A stretch of DNA of 64,000 nucleotides from Oopsacas minuta. Its lineage: Eukaryota; Animalia; Porifera. A program made the translations under genes and the position numbers. The stretch is from NCBI GenBank assembly GCA_024704765.1, contig JAKMXF010000332.1, positions 1,285,458 to 1,349,457 of the forward strand, given 5' to 3'. Within the stretch, counting starts at the first letter, position 1. Every line of letters starts with the position of its first letter. The notes below the pieces were generated by a model, which did no database searches, was not told the DNA's origin, and saw nothing but the letters and a program-made list of their open reading frames with translations. Below are positions 42,155 through 56,221 of this stretch, piece after piece.

Positions 42155-43348
42155 ACTTGTCAGTATTGTATGATAAATATTGACAGGCTAATACGTATAA
42201 TTCAAAAGATATTATAAAGCTTAAGACCTTCAGAACCAGGATGAGAATCTACTTGAAAGAGTGTTAACCTTGTTACGTCACATATATATGTAAATTTGCT
42301 ATATTTCATAAAGGTATGATTATCGATGTATCTCAACCAAAATAGGAATGGCCCTGAGATCTCCTGCCCTCCCTCAGGAAATTTGAAGAATTTCAAGTGA
42401 TAGCTATAATTATCATTATATAACTTTAAAATTTGATCTCCCTATTATGAAATCCTGTGAACAGGGTGCTTATATTTTTCTGGGCTTACGGGACCAATTA
42501 TTTTTCAACAAGTCTTACGGTAGAGAATTTACCTCATGGCCCCAATAGCAAAATTGGTGTATACGCGTATTAATAATACAATATACAGTAAGTTATCCGA
42601 ACAGGATGGAACCGATAGGGTTCTGATAACTAAAATTCTACTGCATTAGGCGCCAAGTTTGGGTATCTGGATCCCCAAGTTTGAAGGCGGATAATGTATT
42701 TATGCGAAATTTAGATGGTAGCAAGTAGCAACAATTTCGCCTGGTGGACCCGCCCCCCAATTTTGAACTTGTTCCCTAAAACCTGACGCCAATGTGTATA
42801 GTCAAATATTAGTGGTTTTCGGGTTAGAGGAAGAATGAAACATTATTGGATGGAAAATACATGCGTCCGACCTGTACGAATAACTTCTACTCTACTGTGT
42901 GTATTTTAAATTCACCTGGGAACAGGATGCAGAAGAAAGAGGCCATATTCACTAAGATTTCCTAAAAATATTATTTTCATTTAGTTGATTTTTTACTTAA
43001 ATATATTGCTTTATCTTGTTCAGACTGAAAATCTCACTGCGGTCCACCGTATCTTACAGGAACCTAGAAAATGCGTATACTGCCTGTGAACTAAGAATAT
43101 ATAGCTGTTACAAATTTAGTAAGACAGTCGAACCTCTGAGATTCTAACTAAAACACATCTCAATACCCTAATGAAATAACCTTGATATTTGGGAATAGAA
43201 AGTCGAAGAATATTGTAATGACAGAAATTCAGGTAAATCTAAGTTACGGTCAGTCGGGGCACCCTCAGACGAATTTACTGAATTAATAAGGTTATAGAAC
43301 TAGTATGATTTAACTAAGATAAAATCGGAATCTTACAATATAGCGTTA

Positions 43349-46300
43349 TTACTTTCCAACACCAGGTATATTCTTGATAAGCATAGAATTATACCTACGC
43401 AGCTGTAGACAAACATTCCTTGCTATGGGTTGGTAGTCTGTCTCTTTTGTTTTGTTAGATATAAACTCTTCCATAGCGAAATTACTCTGTTGATGATGTT
43501 GCCATTTCCGTTCCAGGTTGCAAAGTTGAACGTAAGTTTCATTATCATTCAGCAGCTGTTTAGCAGATTCATACGTTTGAGTGGTACGGGTTACCAAGTT
43601 CTTAAAATGTTCTCTCTGTAGAGTTAGATTTTCCTTCTCCTCGCCAAGACGAAAACGCTTCTCGGTTTCTGACTGTTCAAGTGCATTGAAGTCTGAGTAG
43701 AGTTTAATCTCAGAAACGAGGGTATTAACTTTACCCTAATTGTAGATATAAATCATAATAAATATTCTTGACTCATTAAATATACAAATAGCCAGGATCT
43801 TCCCGTATAGCATAACCAACTGGGATCCGAGTCTATTTCTAGAACTTGCATGGTTCCCTGTGGTACCGCCACCAGAACTTTGAGGATCTATTATGGATTC
43901 ACAAAATTTGATAGCAAATCTTGTATAATAGTGGTGCATAAAATTTGGTAAAATTACGACTTTAAAATTTGAACATTGAGGTTACCTGTCTCATGCTAAT
44001 CATAACCATATTTCATTTATGTTGGCAATTATTGTATTATTTTGAACAACAAAATTGTATATAAATCATAGGAATTAGGGATAAATATTGTTAAATAAAT
44101 TGATATATAAATTCGGCGTTCAAATTTCTAAAGTTAGAAAATGACCTTAAAAGTGAATTGGAATCTGACCTAAAATATTTAGGGGAGTAAGAAATGACCT
44201 AATTACAACAAAAATTAACACCCTAGGTGATGAGGGAGCATACATTAGCCAGAAATTGGTTTATGGTATGGTCAGAATGTTTGTAAAGTAGGTATTTGTC
44301 CAACTTCACATCTTCAGAAACCCCTTCACATATCCCAAGAAACAATTACTGGCTAGCCATAGCCAAGCGTTCGTCGGTCAAAATATGAACCCAATTCTTC
44401 AGGAGCACCTTAAAATATACTTAATTAAAACGTTCTAGGTCATTTTCCTAATGCATTCGATCAATTTCCACGTTCCCATAATTCCATCAAACTCTGGTTT
44501 TCTTCAAGCCTCCAAAGATAGGTGGTTAGTCTCCTTTTATAATATTTTCAACATATGTATTGGTAATTTAATCTAAACTGTCTCCTCAAGGAGTATAACT
44601 TAAGAGCCTCTCCCCATTTTTGCGATATCCTAGAGTAGGTAAGCCTCGAATTCATCTTGTGTACTTCAGCAGTTAATAATGAATTGCTCAATAAAAATAA
44701 ATACACATATATTACTCACATTCAATTCCTCCAGTTCTGTCTTGAGCTTATCTTCCAGTTGACTAACCTTAGTCAAATCTGACTGCAATCTAACATTGTC
44801 TAATTCTAGAGTTTGGGCAGTGGCTTCAGATTTATCTTTCTCAAACTTTTTATGCTTTAGGTCAGCCTGAAGTTGTTCATACTCTTGTAAGCTAGGAAGT
44901 TGTTTCGAAGAAGACAACACGCGACTAATGTCCTGCAGCTGGTCCACAATGGTCTGTTCTATGTTAGATCGCCGTTCTGTTTCTGTAGACCAGGCTTCTT
45001 CAAATCCTTCCATAAACACTTTCATGTCTCCCTCCTTCTTCTTCATTTCCTGATACTTCTGGTGCTTCTCGCTATTAGCCTAAATAAAACACACAGATAG
45101 TTGCAAATTAGGTATTCACTCTATAATCCGGGAAGTAAGTTTCCCGCTTAATGTCATACTTCTCGTGCGTATGTGGCATTATCCGGGATAATCTAATATG
45201 TATGTATGTGTTCAGTACTAAATAGCAACAAAGGTAGACACAACAACTACAGTCAAAACCGGTTATTTTCTGACTTGCAAAGAAATAGTAAGAAAAAAAC
45301 AGGTTTCTACTGTAAATGCAAACGAGTTTGTTCACACCGAAAACTTTTGCAGACAATATTTCCAAGTGTTTCCTTCTAATAGATTTTTACAATGAACCTT
45401 CAAGCTGTAATTGACATTCAATTATCTTATATTATCCGGGAAGGATACCAAATCTGACCACATTTTTATGACGATATCGGGATATGACAATAACCGATGT
45501 TTTGAGTACAAGAATTGACTAGTGTGGTTTAGGATTTGAACTATTTATGATAATAAGAGGTTATTCTATTAAGCGGTATGATAATACGGAATCCATCTAC
45601 ATTCATTTATACAGAATTGTTCAACGGTTTGTGGTTAGAAGAAATTTGTTTACATTTAGTACAACTTAAGATAAGTTTTGATAACCCTATTACGTATAAG
45701 GGAAAATAGCTGAAAACTGTCATTTAACTACCTAACTTTCGGAAAATGGTGCCTGGTTAGGAGGTGACCGGATCTTGGAGGTGTGACTGTATTTTCTATT
45801 TTAGAAATATCGAAATGATATTATAATATAATACAGTCGAAACAGGTTTATTCTAACTTTTCATGTAATTCTTAATTTCTAACTACGTATTTGTAACGAT
45901 TTATGGTGCAAGCAGGTGCATTAAATCCCAACTTAACTAGTATTCTACATCGGATTATTCTAACTACAGTCGATCCTCCGAGATCCAGAACTCAAAGATC
46001 TGAGCACTATTTTACAAAAAGTTCGAAATGTATTTGAATATTTTCAGTTAATTTCCTTTAAAATAGAATTATCTTCAGCTGTATTTCACATCCAATAAGT
46101 TTCCCACTAACCACATACCGTTATGACATCTACATTCGCCAATTCAAAATACATCAAAATATAATATGTTATAAACAAAATGGATATCCCATAGAGTTAA
46201 TGTTGTTCTGAGATCCAGGCAGTCTCCGCAAGAGACTGCCTGGATCTCAGAGGTTCGACAGTATTAGACCTCCAAAGAAATGGTTAGAAAATAGTCCAGC

Positions 46301-49300
46301 CGAGAGACTGGTAGTGCAGCTCAGGGTTATGTATTTTGTATTTTCAGGAAAAGCACGCAATCATATGATAAATCATGTAGATATAGACTTGAAAGTATGA
46401 ATTTGTAATCTACAGACTCGATTACCTTTGACTAGCAGTTAAATTGAGATCTCTAGCTTGATTTTGAATAATATGCGAAAAGGTGTGAAATATGACTAAG
46501 CATATGATAAATCTGTGAATTTGTAACTTTCAGACAAAATCGGACTCTACGCACCCAATTACCTTTGACAATATGTTGGAACCTAATCTCTAGCAAGAAT
46601 TTTGAATATACATAGAAAGGTGTTAAAATATGATTAATCACCAAAAGGATGTGAAATATTCACTTTAGAAAAATTCATACCCGAGGTGCAAATCTTCGAC
46701 CCAAAATGTATATGTATGCCCATTTTCGTGTTAATTGGACCGCTAGATTTCTCTAAATCTTATTCAGTCATGTTGTTTGTTGTGACAATGTATAAATATA
46801 AATCTTGATAATTAACAATAGATTTAAACCAAACTAATGAAAACTTTAGAGTTCAGACAATCAAATTGAAATATTTTGGATAAGATTGTACTACGTACGT
46901 ATAAGTTGAAATTTAATATTCCTGATTGTAATTAATATACTCTACCTCTTCCATATCCCTGTCCACTTGTGTTATGTCAGCTTGTAGAGACTGTACTTGT
47001 TCCTGCGTTTGGGACAATCTGTCCTGTAACAGAGTTATCTCTTGATTATCTTGCTTAACCTGCTGTAGTAACTTTTCTCTCTCTTGTTCTGGAGTCAGGT
47101 TAGATCTCTCATCAGCTTCCCTCTGAAGCTCTGATCTCTTCCTCTCCAGCTCCTGCAGCTGTGTCATTAGACGCACTGCTTCAGTCTTTACTTCACTGTT
47201 TAGAATCTATATCAAACACAATGTACAATTTATTTGACAAATCTAGCTGTGTATAATTATGATTGCTTCAAATTCTGAAATTCGTAAAATTAACGAGTCG
47301 CTCTATAAAAATACTTGGTGTTCATTTGGGAGAGGCTGGATCTAGTTCTAAATTATAAATAATATTTTGACAAAGCACCCTAAAACTTGATAAAACCTGG
47401 CCACGACTGGCCACAGTGAGTTTTAGGGGTAATTAAGCCAAGGTAATATGTGTTCGGACACATCAAGTGACGTCAAAAGCTATGCATAAATGTTTCGATA
47501 GAGCCCGCAAGGTAAAACAGTATATTATAAATTTATAATATATTTTGTACTAGTAGTGTGAGTATGTGAGAAATGCGAACATACACGGTCAAGAGGGTCA
47601 GTAGTCTGGTGGCAGAGGTGCCAAACCTTACGATATTTGGTAGCGATCATTTCTCTTTTAGTTTCCTAGAGTCTAGACCATGTACAACGGGCGTTCAAAA
47701 AGTTCCCGACCCTACCCCATATTTTTGTAACTATACAGAATATACATGTACAATTGTTATATTTTCTCGAAATAATCACCATTAATGTCTATGACTCGTT
47801 GTAGACGTTCTAGCCATTTAAAAAATACATTTTTATAGTCCCGGTGGGATGTCTTTTGGGGATCTCCAAATTGCGTTCCCTAGGTCGATTCTGGTATCAA
47901 AATGCCTGCCTGCCTACAGGTCCTTTTTCAACTTTGCAAATAGCCAGAAATCACAAGGAGCGAGGTCAGGTGAGTAGGGTGGGTGGTCTAGCTCAACAAC
48001 TCTCATTCTATCCAACTCTGACTTTACGAGCTTAGTTTTATGTGGCCGTGCATTATCTTGCAATAATCGCATGCCCCGCGGTCCAGACTTTGGCCTCCGA
48101 CCCCAGTAATGTTTATCTACTTCTGAGAGGCAACTGTTGGCATAAAAGTCCCGGTAATTGTTTTCCCTTTTGGCATTATAATCTGGGTAACTAGGCCATA
48201 TGCATCAAAGAAAATTGAGTACATGACCTTCTGATCTCTGAAGTCCGGCCTAGGATTGAGAGGAGGCGCCTCACCTTTTACGACACATACCTTATTTCTT
48301 TCTTTGGATAGTGGCTCGTCGTATCTTATCCAAGTCTCGTCACCAATAATGATTTCTGCCAGCCTTCTTGGATCCGAGTCTTTATACTCAGAGAACATTT
48401 TTCTTGCACAAGTTACCCGAAGGTCCTTTTGGTCCTTTGTAAGGGAATGCGGGATCCACCTCGAACAAATTTTGGTAACTCTCAGCTCATCGATAAGTAT
48501 GGAATGAACAGCTCCCGTTGAGATCCCTACACTCGTAGCTAACTCCTCAACAGTGATATGAGGATTTTCTTCAATTCTCCAGCGAATTTCAGAGGTGTTA
48601 CTGCTAGTGACGGCTGATCTGGGAAGCCCGATTCGTTCCTCATCTTCCAGTGACTCTCGTCCTTCGCGAAACCGCTTGGCCCACTCCTTCACAGTAGTAT
48701 ATGAAAGGCTAGCATCTCCATAAACGACTTCCAAGTCAATGAGAATATCCTTCGGGCCAATACCAAGAAGCGTGCGAATTTTGATATAGTATCAGGGCGT
48801 TCAATAAGTCTTGCGGGTCATGTTATATCTCAGGAAATAGTCAAGTAATATATCTAACTTTCATATATTATAAGCCCATATAGTTAAACTCCATATACTG
48901 AAAGTTTCAAGCTTATTCAATACAAATTATGAATTTTTGAGATATTACGTGTAGTCAATTCATACCTACTGTTCAATTTATAGCTTCAAAGGATGATAAT
49001 TCAACCTCAAATGGCGAGCTTTCATAGAGTTTCGCACACTACTCAAGATCTAGCCCGTACAGATCTTCAGCGAGTTACAGAAGATATTGTGCGTGGATTG
49101 CCCTTTCAGATCTACTGTAGAGCATGGGCTGCCCGTTTTAGATCTGGTGATGCTGATGTCACAGATTTGCCTGGATTTGGAAGACCGGTATCCGCCACTA
49201 ATTCAGAGAATATCACACTGATTGAAAGTACGGTCATGGAAGACAAGTGCATTACTGTCAATCAGTTAGGACAAAGAGTGGAGATTTCATTGGGAGCTAT

Positions 49301-52267
49301 TCATACAATTCTGACGTCACCAAAAATTGTGGGTTAAAAGTATACTACGATACGTCTTCATTGAAAGACGTATAAACAACTTAGGTAACATAAGGCCAGG
49401 TTAACCTGGCTAAAACTTGGTCAGTTTGCATTACTTACACAGTCCTAAGCTATACAAGAGGTGAGCGAAGGCCGCCTTATGGGAACACGATCACGAAATA
49501 ATCGCGAACCGCAGAGTGTAAGAAAGTTTTGCTTGCTTGTATAAATAAATAATGATGAATAAATCCTATTGCTATAATTGTTACCTCTTCTTCATACATT
49601 TGTGCTAGTCTCCTAGCTTTCAATAGCTGTTCTTCTTGCTGGTCAATATTCTGCTGCATTACTTCTATTTCTCGACGTATATCTCTGTACTTGTCTTGTT
49701 CTACTTCTTCCAACTGCCCCACTACTCGCTCAGTCTGCTGGCGCTCTTCTAACATCTGTTGTTCAGCCAATTGTACTTCTTCTTCTTTCTTTTGTCTCTC
49801 TGAGAATACCTATAACCATTAATTAATGATATTTGGCAAAATATTCACTAGAAGCATCAAATTTCCTAACCATATGTAACGAATTTATCATTCACGCATG
49901 TTGGTATAACGGGTCTAAACGATTTCTAATATTCCAATGAATGTATCGCAATATTTGACTACAGCAATTATACTATAGTCGGAGAGCCTGCTAGTTTCTG
50001 AATCAATAACTTCTAATTATTAATCTATTTAGATTGGACGTGTTAATCGAATTTCGAAACGTTTAGGTGCGACCACTGGACATCATTAGAGCAGTTATAC
50101 CTAGCCCTTATAACCCAAATGCGATATTTTACACATTCAGTAGACCCCCTTCATAGAATGCAATATATAATTTGAGAACCTGTGGACCCCCTGATATCGT
50201 CTGTGGACCATCAAAGGTCCATTGGGAACCGATACTTCATAGGAAATACGATTGCTGTTAGAATTTCAAATGATATCAATTGATAGAAATCTTCCGCGAG
50301 GTATATATTTATCTATACAGCTATGGAAAGTAGCATAAAACGTCAGATCTCATCCCAATAAAAGCATGTATGAGTATCAAATGAAATCTGAAAGATATTC
50401 TGGCATCAATGGGTGGTTTACTTTGTTATGTTAAATTGTGTTGCATTCTCACAAACTAAAATATATAGTTAGGAGATGTGGCTGATGGAAACTGTACCAT
50501 ACTTCATATCTACAGGCCTCATCTATTAAGCTTATAACTTCAATAAAGTATATGTCCAAAAGCCGTAACCAGACTTCTTAAAATTCCCGCCATGGATTTT
50601 GGAGTGATCCGGTTGAAAACTCACTCGCCATAGAAACAGTAATATCAGCACTAAAAAGATCAACCGTCTTGGTGGACCCCAAGTAATAGTTGTCCCAGGG
50701 TCTATCAAGGGGAAATTGGAAGTTGTTTGGACATATTTTTAATATACTAGTAGTTGACAACCCCTAATTGTCGTTCCAGGAACTCTTGAATGACAAAATA
50801 TAGGCAACGGATATTCTAGGGGTGAAAGCTCAGGGTAGTAAAATCCCTATACAAAAGTTGTGATTCTTCTAAAGACAATGTAATTAACTGATATATCCCA
50901 CACGTCCTAATTGCTTTCCTAGCAAATAATCCATTCATAATTATCATTATAACTATGTATAGATGAGCATTTACAAACAATCTAATAATTAGATACAAAT
51001 ACACGAAAGATACATCAGGCTGTGAATCACGATATCCATCAAATGGACTATACATTTGTACCTACAATTTATCAAGAGCTTTTTATTAAATATAGTACAA
51101 TATAAAACTAAAATGTCCAGCCTTAGGAAACGAAGTCTCTAGCATCAATTTGAAATAAGGTGTGAAATAATAAATCTGTGAATTTGTAACTTTCAGACTC
51201 TCAAAATCTCAAAATCGGACTCTACTCACCAAATTATCCCTAAAAACATGTTGAAACCTAATCTCTAGCATGAATTTGAATTTACCATAGAAAGGTGTGA
51301 AAAATTCATACCCGAGGTGTAAATCTCCGACCCAAAAATGTACACGTTACCAATTTTCGTGTAAATCTGACTGTTAGATTTCGCGCGGCGGCGCAGACAG
51401 ACAGACAGACGAACGAACGACGTCGCACATCGTCCATGCCACTATGGCATCTCCCTATAAGAGCTGCACTAAAAATACAATACCGTCCCCGGCCCAGCTT
51501 CCCACAAAATCATAGATAAGAAAGGAGCAATTACTTTCCATGGCCAAAACTATATAATTTAGATTATGTAAATCTAATCATTACACAGAAGACATCCTCA
51601 GGGTATCCGAATTATTCATTCAATATATTTCCAAAAGTTATTTGATAGATAAATACTAATTGTGATGAGTATAACATTATATGGTGCTATCATAAACATG
51701 AACTTGTGATACCTTGCGGATCCCTAAATTACTTCATATCGTTTCGTAGCAATAATTTTCACATAATTGAGAAGTAGTACTCACTTGCTCTACAATCATA
51801 GCTTCCCTCTTATTCTCCATTCGTATAGCCTCACACTCTTGCACAACATCCTCTATCCCAGAACCTGTTCCCACTCGCTCCATCAACAGATTATAATCAT
51901 TCATGTCTCCTCTCAGCCCTGATATTTCTGTAGCTAATTGCTGTGCTCTCTGCTCGTACAAAATGTAATTAGCATTGTCTTCTTCATATACGTCTAACTC
52001 ACGAGTTATCTTAGCTTTCTCCAACCCCAGCTCTTGGATTTTACCTCTTAACAGTCCTAGATAGTAAGTGCGGTCTTGTACTGACCTCTCTGGTCCAAGA
52101 CCTTTAGCGGCGGTTTTCACCCCAGTGAGTCCCTGCTGAGTAACTGGCCGGTCTGGTACTCTGATGTTAGCTCGACTACCAGGACGAGGAGGAGGAGCAC
52201 CTGTAGCTAGACGACGAGTGGAGCTAGGTCGAGCTGACATTCCATTCCCACCTAAGTTGCTAGACAT
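43349..52267 (-). CDS. IFT74: Intraflagellar transport protein 74, 5 exons, 571 aa
   Basis: Exons 52267-51785, 49809-49585, 47206-46946, 45079-44720, 43735-43349, all phase-0 GT-AG. Motifs RPVTQQGLTG, YYLGLLR, EREKLLQQVKQDNQEI, NETYVQLCNLERKWQH, DYQPI. Confidence 0.95.
44220..44640 (-). pseudogene. 3' relic of a non-LTR retrotransposon reverse transcriptase, in IFT74 intron 4
   Basis: Manual translation gives LKLYSLRRQ and DVKLDKYL..SDH, resembling the C-terminal LYSLxRRR and LDKYL..PD motifs of LINE RTs; many stops. Confidence 0.45.
45967..46261. mobile_element. pogo/Tigger-like MITE containing a perfect 20-bp hairpin
   Basis: TA|CAGTCGATCCTCCGAGATCCAG ... GGATCTCAGAGGTTCGACAG|TA; hairpin at 46207-46251. 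Confidence 0.65.
46288..46770 (-). mobile_element. Helentron-associated (HINE-like) element copy
   Basis: On the minus strand: subTIR GAGCTGCACT, then stem-loop CCAGTCTCTCGGCTGG, then TTTT; interior shared with the 26441 and 51111 copies. Confidence 0.65.
47684..48790 (-). mobile_element. Decayed mariner (DD34D) in IFT74 intron 2, 5'-truncated
   Basis: WAKRFREG, WIPHSLT, IIGDETW, LLQDNARPH, HPPYSPDLAPCDF (34-residue spacing); frameshift near 48140 and stops; terminus GGGCGTTCAAAAAGTT. Confidence 0.88.
48792..49337 (+). mobile_element. 5' fragment of a second mariner, head-to-head with the first
   Basis: TA|TCAGGGCGTTCAATAAGTCTTG terminus; WAARFRSG..DLPGFGRP..ENI..V.ED remnant, no catalytic domain. 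Confidence 0.75.
51111..51475 (-). mobile_element. Helentron-associated (DINE-1/HINE-like) element copy with 5' end
   Basis: On the minus strand: TTTTT-AGTGCAGCTC subTIR (51470-51461), short hairpin ATGCCA-CTA-TGGCAT, (GTCT)n microsatellite at 51393-51410, shared interior. Confidence 0.7.
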
Positions 52268-52741
52268 CTTCAGCTAATATAGGATGACATTTGTACAGGA
52301 TATTCGCCAAAATTACTGTGTCCATGATTTTAATACATAATTACAGGATTCTCGAGATTATAATTTTGAATGGAAGGGTGTGATTAGAGAACGACGCTCA
52401 TGAAGAATGTCAAATTTACCCAATGTACGATTGCTATAGATCATGACTCATATTAACATGCATGTAGATAACATATAATCTTGCTTTCACATAGCTCGTA
52501 CTTTACACATTCCCGAAAATATACAAGAACTTCTTAAACTGGCTATCACTACAGCAATGTTAAATGAAATTTCACGCTATTTCTATTACAAAACTAAACA
52601 TCAATTTATAGTTTTAATCAGTGCCGTCTTTAGGAATTAGTAGGCCCCAGTACCGGATCTAAGGTGGGATGTGGCCATGTGGGGGATGCAAATTTGGGCC
52701 CAAATATGTGTCCCCAGCATTATCACTATATCCATTATACA

Positions 52742-55429
52742 CATCGGCGTAAAGTTTTGTCCAAAAGTCACAAAATCTGGGGGGGTGGGGCGTGAATACA
52801 ACATACGTTAGCACATGATTACCGTAACTAACTCAAACATATAATTTTCTACTATTAGTCTATTGCAATCTCTAATTTAAATGGATGGCTAGGTCCGAAC
52901 AAGTTACGGCGCTGCATTGTTCTGCCAATAAACTCTTCCATTAGAGGTCTGATATCCATTTCTTCAGTGATGTCCTTGTGTGCTGCAAGAACAGCGCAGT
53001 GATTGAGGCGCTGCTGAGACTGAGAATTTCTCAGCCAGGTGTGGATCCTCCACATCATACTAAAGGAGCGCTCAGCCTCATACACTGATACTGTTAGACA
53101 TACATAAATGGTGCATACCATGTGCAGATTTGGTAGTAGAAACTTGAGTGCTGTCTCTTCTACGAAATTCGAACGCAGAATTTTGATGGTTGGTACGACT
53201 CCATTTCCTTCACATAGGGCGAACCAATTGCGCAGTTCTTGTCTGAGCATCTCAAACTGTACATCACCTTCATAGAATTGAACCAATTCAATTAAATCTG
53301 CATCTGACATTTTGGGGTCTTCTAGAGATTTGCACACCAGTTCCACTATTCCTAAGTCATTAGCAGAATACCTAGCTATGAGTGCATTCGAACGAACATT
53401 CATCACAGCCAAATATAGACCAGTGTAAAACTCTTTTATTTGATCTTCTGTCACCGGGTTCTGGGTAGCAGTTCGAGTCCGTGCACCACGTGCTCGTTCA
53501 ACTCTGGGCAATGCAGGCAAACCAGATGTGGGTCATCAAGGGCCGAAAACTTAGCAGCGACGTACAGCTCTGCTGCGTTTGTGCAGTTGATTACTTCAGC
53601 CGAAAGAGATAAGGCCAAAGTACCAACCCAGTTTCTGACTTCTCCTGCTGTAGCATGCCTGCTCTGGCATTGCACATGGATTGGGTAAACTTTCCATAGA
53701 ACAGCCTGGACAATTCTGAGGCAAAAATAGTTTTGAAATGTCTCAAGACCCCTAAGATAACTCTCGGCCCACTCTTTGTTCTTAGCAGGCTCGGTGCGAT
53801 CATTCCTAAGTTCATCCATGAACTCCAAAATAGAGGCGTAATGAGCTAAGAAAGCGTCCACAGCAGGCAATCGCATCACTCAGCGTGTAGGACAAAGAGG
53901 TCTGAGAACAATGTTGTGAAGGTGAGGATTATCATCCATCTCCAGATCTTTGATGACATTGTTGAATCTGTTGAGCTTCTTTGGTGAATTCTTGATGAAG
54001 TGAACCACAGAATACATAAGCTCCAGGGCTATGGACACCTCAGGAATCACTCCCAATGAATCTTGGACGCACAAGTTCAACTGGTGGCCGAGACAATACA
54101 GGTACAATGCTTTTGAATTTCAGTCGACAGTTTAGCCTGCAGCCAATTATGTTTTCCGGCAACATTTGCTGCTCCGTCATATCCTTGTCCTCGAATCCCG
54201 GAAAAAGGTAAAGCAAAAGCTAGCAATGAAGTCTTCACAAGATACAGAAGAGTGTCGGCGTTAGTTCTACTTGTTGTGTGAAAACCTAGAAAGACCTCTT
54301 CACTTTCCATATGGGCATAACAGAAACGAATGCAGAAGAAAACTTGCTCCTTTCTGTTGATGTCGGATGTCTCGTCCAGAATTATTGAGTATATAGGCTG
54401 TTCTTCCAACAGATCCTGAATTAATGCGAGTAATAAGATGGAGCTGGGGGCCATGGGCGAAGATCTCCAAAATTTCGTTCTGGTATTGAGGTGTCAGATA
54501 TTTGAATTTGTTGTCGGTAGTGATGTAGTTTTGAACAGAAGTATTGAACTCTCCAATTAACTTGAACAAGCAGTTGAAGTTGCCAGTGTTATCTTCATCA
54601 CGGTGACCACGCAAAGCCAGACCCTGGTGCCCACATACTCTTACAACCTCGAACACAGCCTCCAGGCCAATCCTGTTCTGCTCGTAATCATTCGCGACCC
54701 GTTAATCTAAAATCACCCGATGAATATGTGCCAGTTTCACCGCACTCAGCGCGTATTCTCCCCTCTTATGAATTCCACTACCGTCGTGTTTCAAGATCCC
54801 ATCGCGCCCCTTTTTGAAGTGGCCCATCCAGCCTCCTTGTTGATCCACAACATATTATTGCCACCTTCATATGTCTCGTGTCAGCATGGTTGAAACGCTT
54901 GTACTTGAGAACCCAAAACAGGTCATGCAGTACAACGATTTCCTGTCTTCTGCCAACTTCAAACAGGAAAACTCTCCAAACCAACTACTGTTCATCTTGT
55001 GATTTGATGTGTTCGTCTTAGGCATTTGGTAAGGAAGCTCGTACATGTTCTGGGTATCAGGGATCTCCAGTTCAATGACTTCAATAGGAGAAGCAGAGTT
55101 CGCGTCACCAAGTTCTTCACCATGCTCAGCAATTTGCAGAACATTTCCCAAGTTCTCTAATACGGAAGCCGTGGTTTCTAAGGGAGAAGTCATCTGCTTC
55201 TTGGAAATGAAGTGGGTCAAAAGAGTTTGACCTTGCTTCCTTTTCGTGGACTGCTCTGTCATAACAAAGAGGAATAGTATTATACTTAAGAAGTATTCAG
55301 TACCTAAGATAATTAGCAAAGACTAATCTACAAGAGAGATAACAAAATTGAAGTAAAATACACAAAATCTTCTCAAAAAACTGGGGGGGGGGCGGAAGTA
55401 CCTTCGTCCCCCCAGACTTTACGCCTATG
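52742..55429 (-). mobile_element. Decayed hAT transposon (ZMYM1/DUF4371-type transposase) upstream of IFT74
   Basis: TIRs CATCGGCGTAAAGT / ACTTTACGCCTATG; 8-bp TSD ATTATACA / ATTATAAA. Frameshifted ORF fragments: LALRGH..GNF, ILDETSDI, GQGYDGA, HCLGHQLNL-like, PTR, AERSFS, LRNSQSQQRLN. Confidence 0.9.
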
Positions 55430-56221
55430 ATTATAAATAATGTACCTTGTATTGATCTACGGACGGAAGTTGCGTGAACGGGTAATGCTGGGTATGTAAA
55501 ACTAATAAGAGCAAATACAACAAATAAGTATCATCTGATACGTTCAAGCAGTTGAGGACAAAACTCAAACATTACTGTAGCTACCAAATATATTTGAATA
55601 TACCCTGTGCAAATAAATATAACATATCCTATACAGCACTGGGTTACAGCTATTACCTACTAGCTTAACTGTAATTGTATAGTTTTTTCTGTTACAACAA
55701 ATTCAGATTGAAATTTCGCAAGCTTTAGCTCCTGCAAATTCATCTATCCAATCATAGAATCGCGGCTATATAAATTTAGTACGTACAGACGGTATTTCTT
55801 ATTATTTCTTTGCACGGAATCAAAGTACTTAGTTAAAAAAACTGATAAAATGAATGTAATACTCACATCCTTTACAATCTGAGCATGAAAATAAAGAACA
55901 AAAAACCGATAAGAAAAACCAGTTTCGACTGTATTTCATATGGCTTAGCCTATATAATTAGCAACAATTCCTCTCATCAGGAAACTGTAGGCACTGGTTT
56001 TATACATATACATTTACACAGTAGAGCCTCGTTAATACGAACACGGTTAAGAAGTAACTCCAGATAAGGAGTACAAATTCGGTAAAAGTGATTCATTGTC
56101 CAGTATTTGGTCCAAAACCATCTGGTCACCCTAGCTAATAATAGCTACACAAGTTGTGCTAATACAGTTCAGGCATATACGTAAAGTATAAATTTTCTCG
56201 ATTTAACTCTTCGATTTCTCA

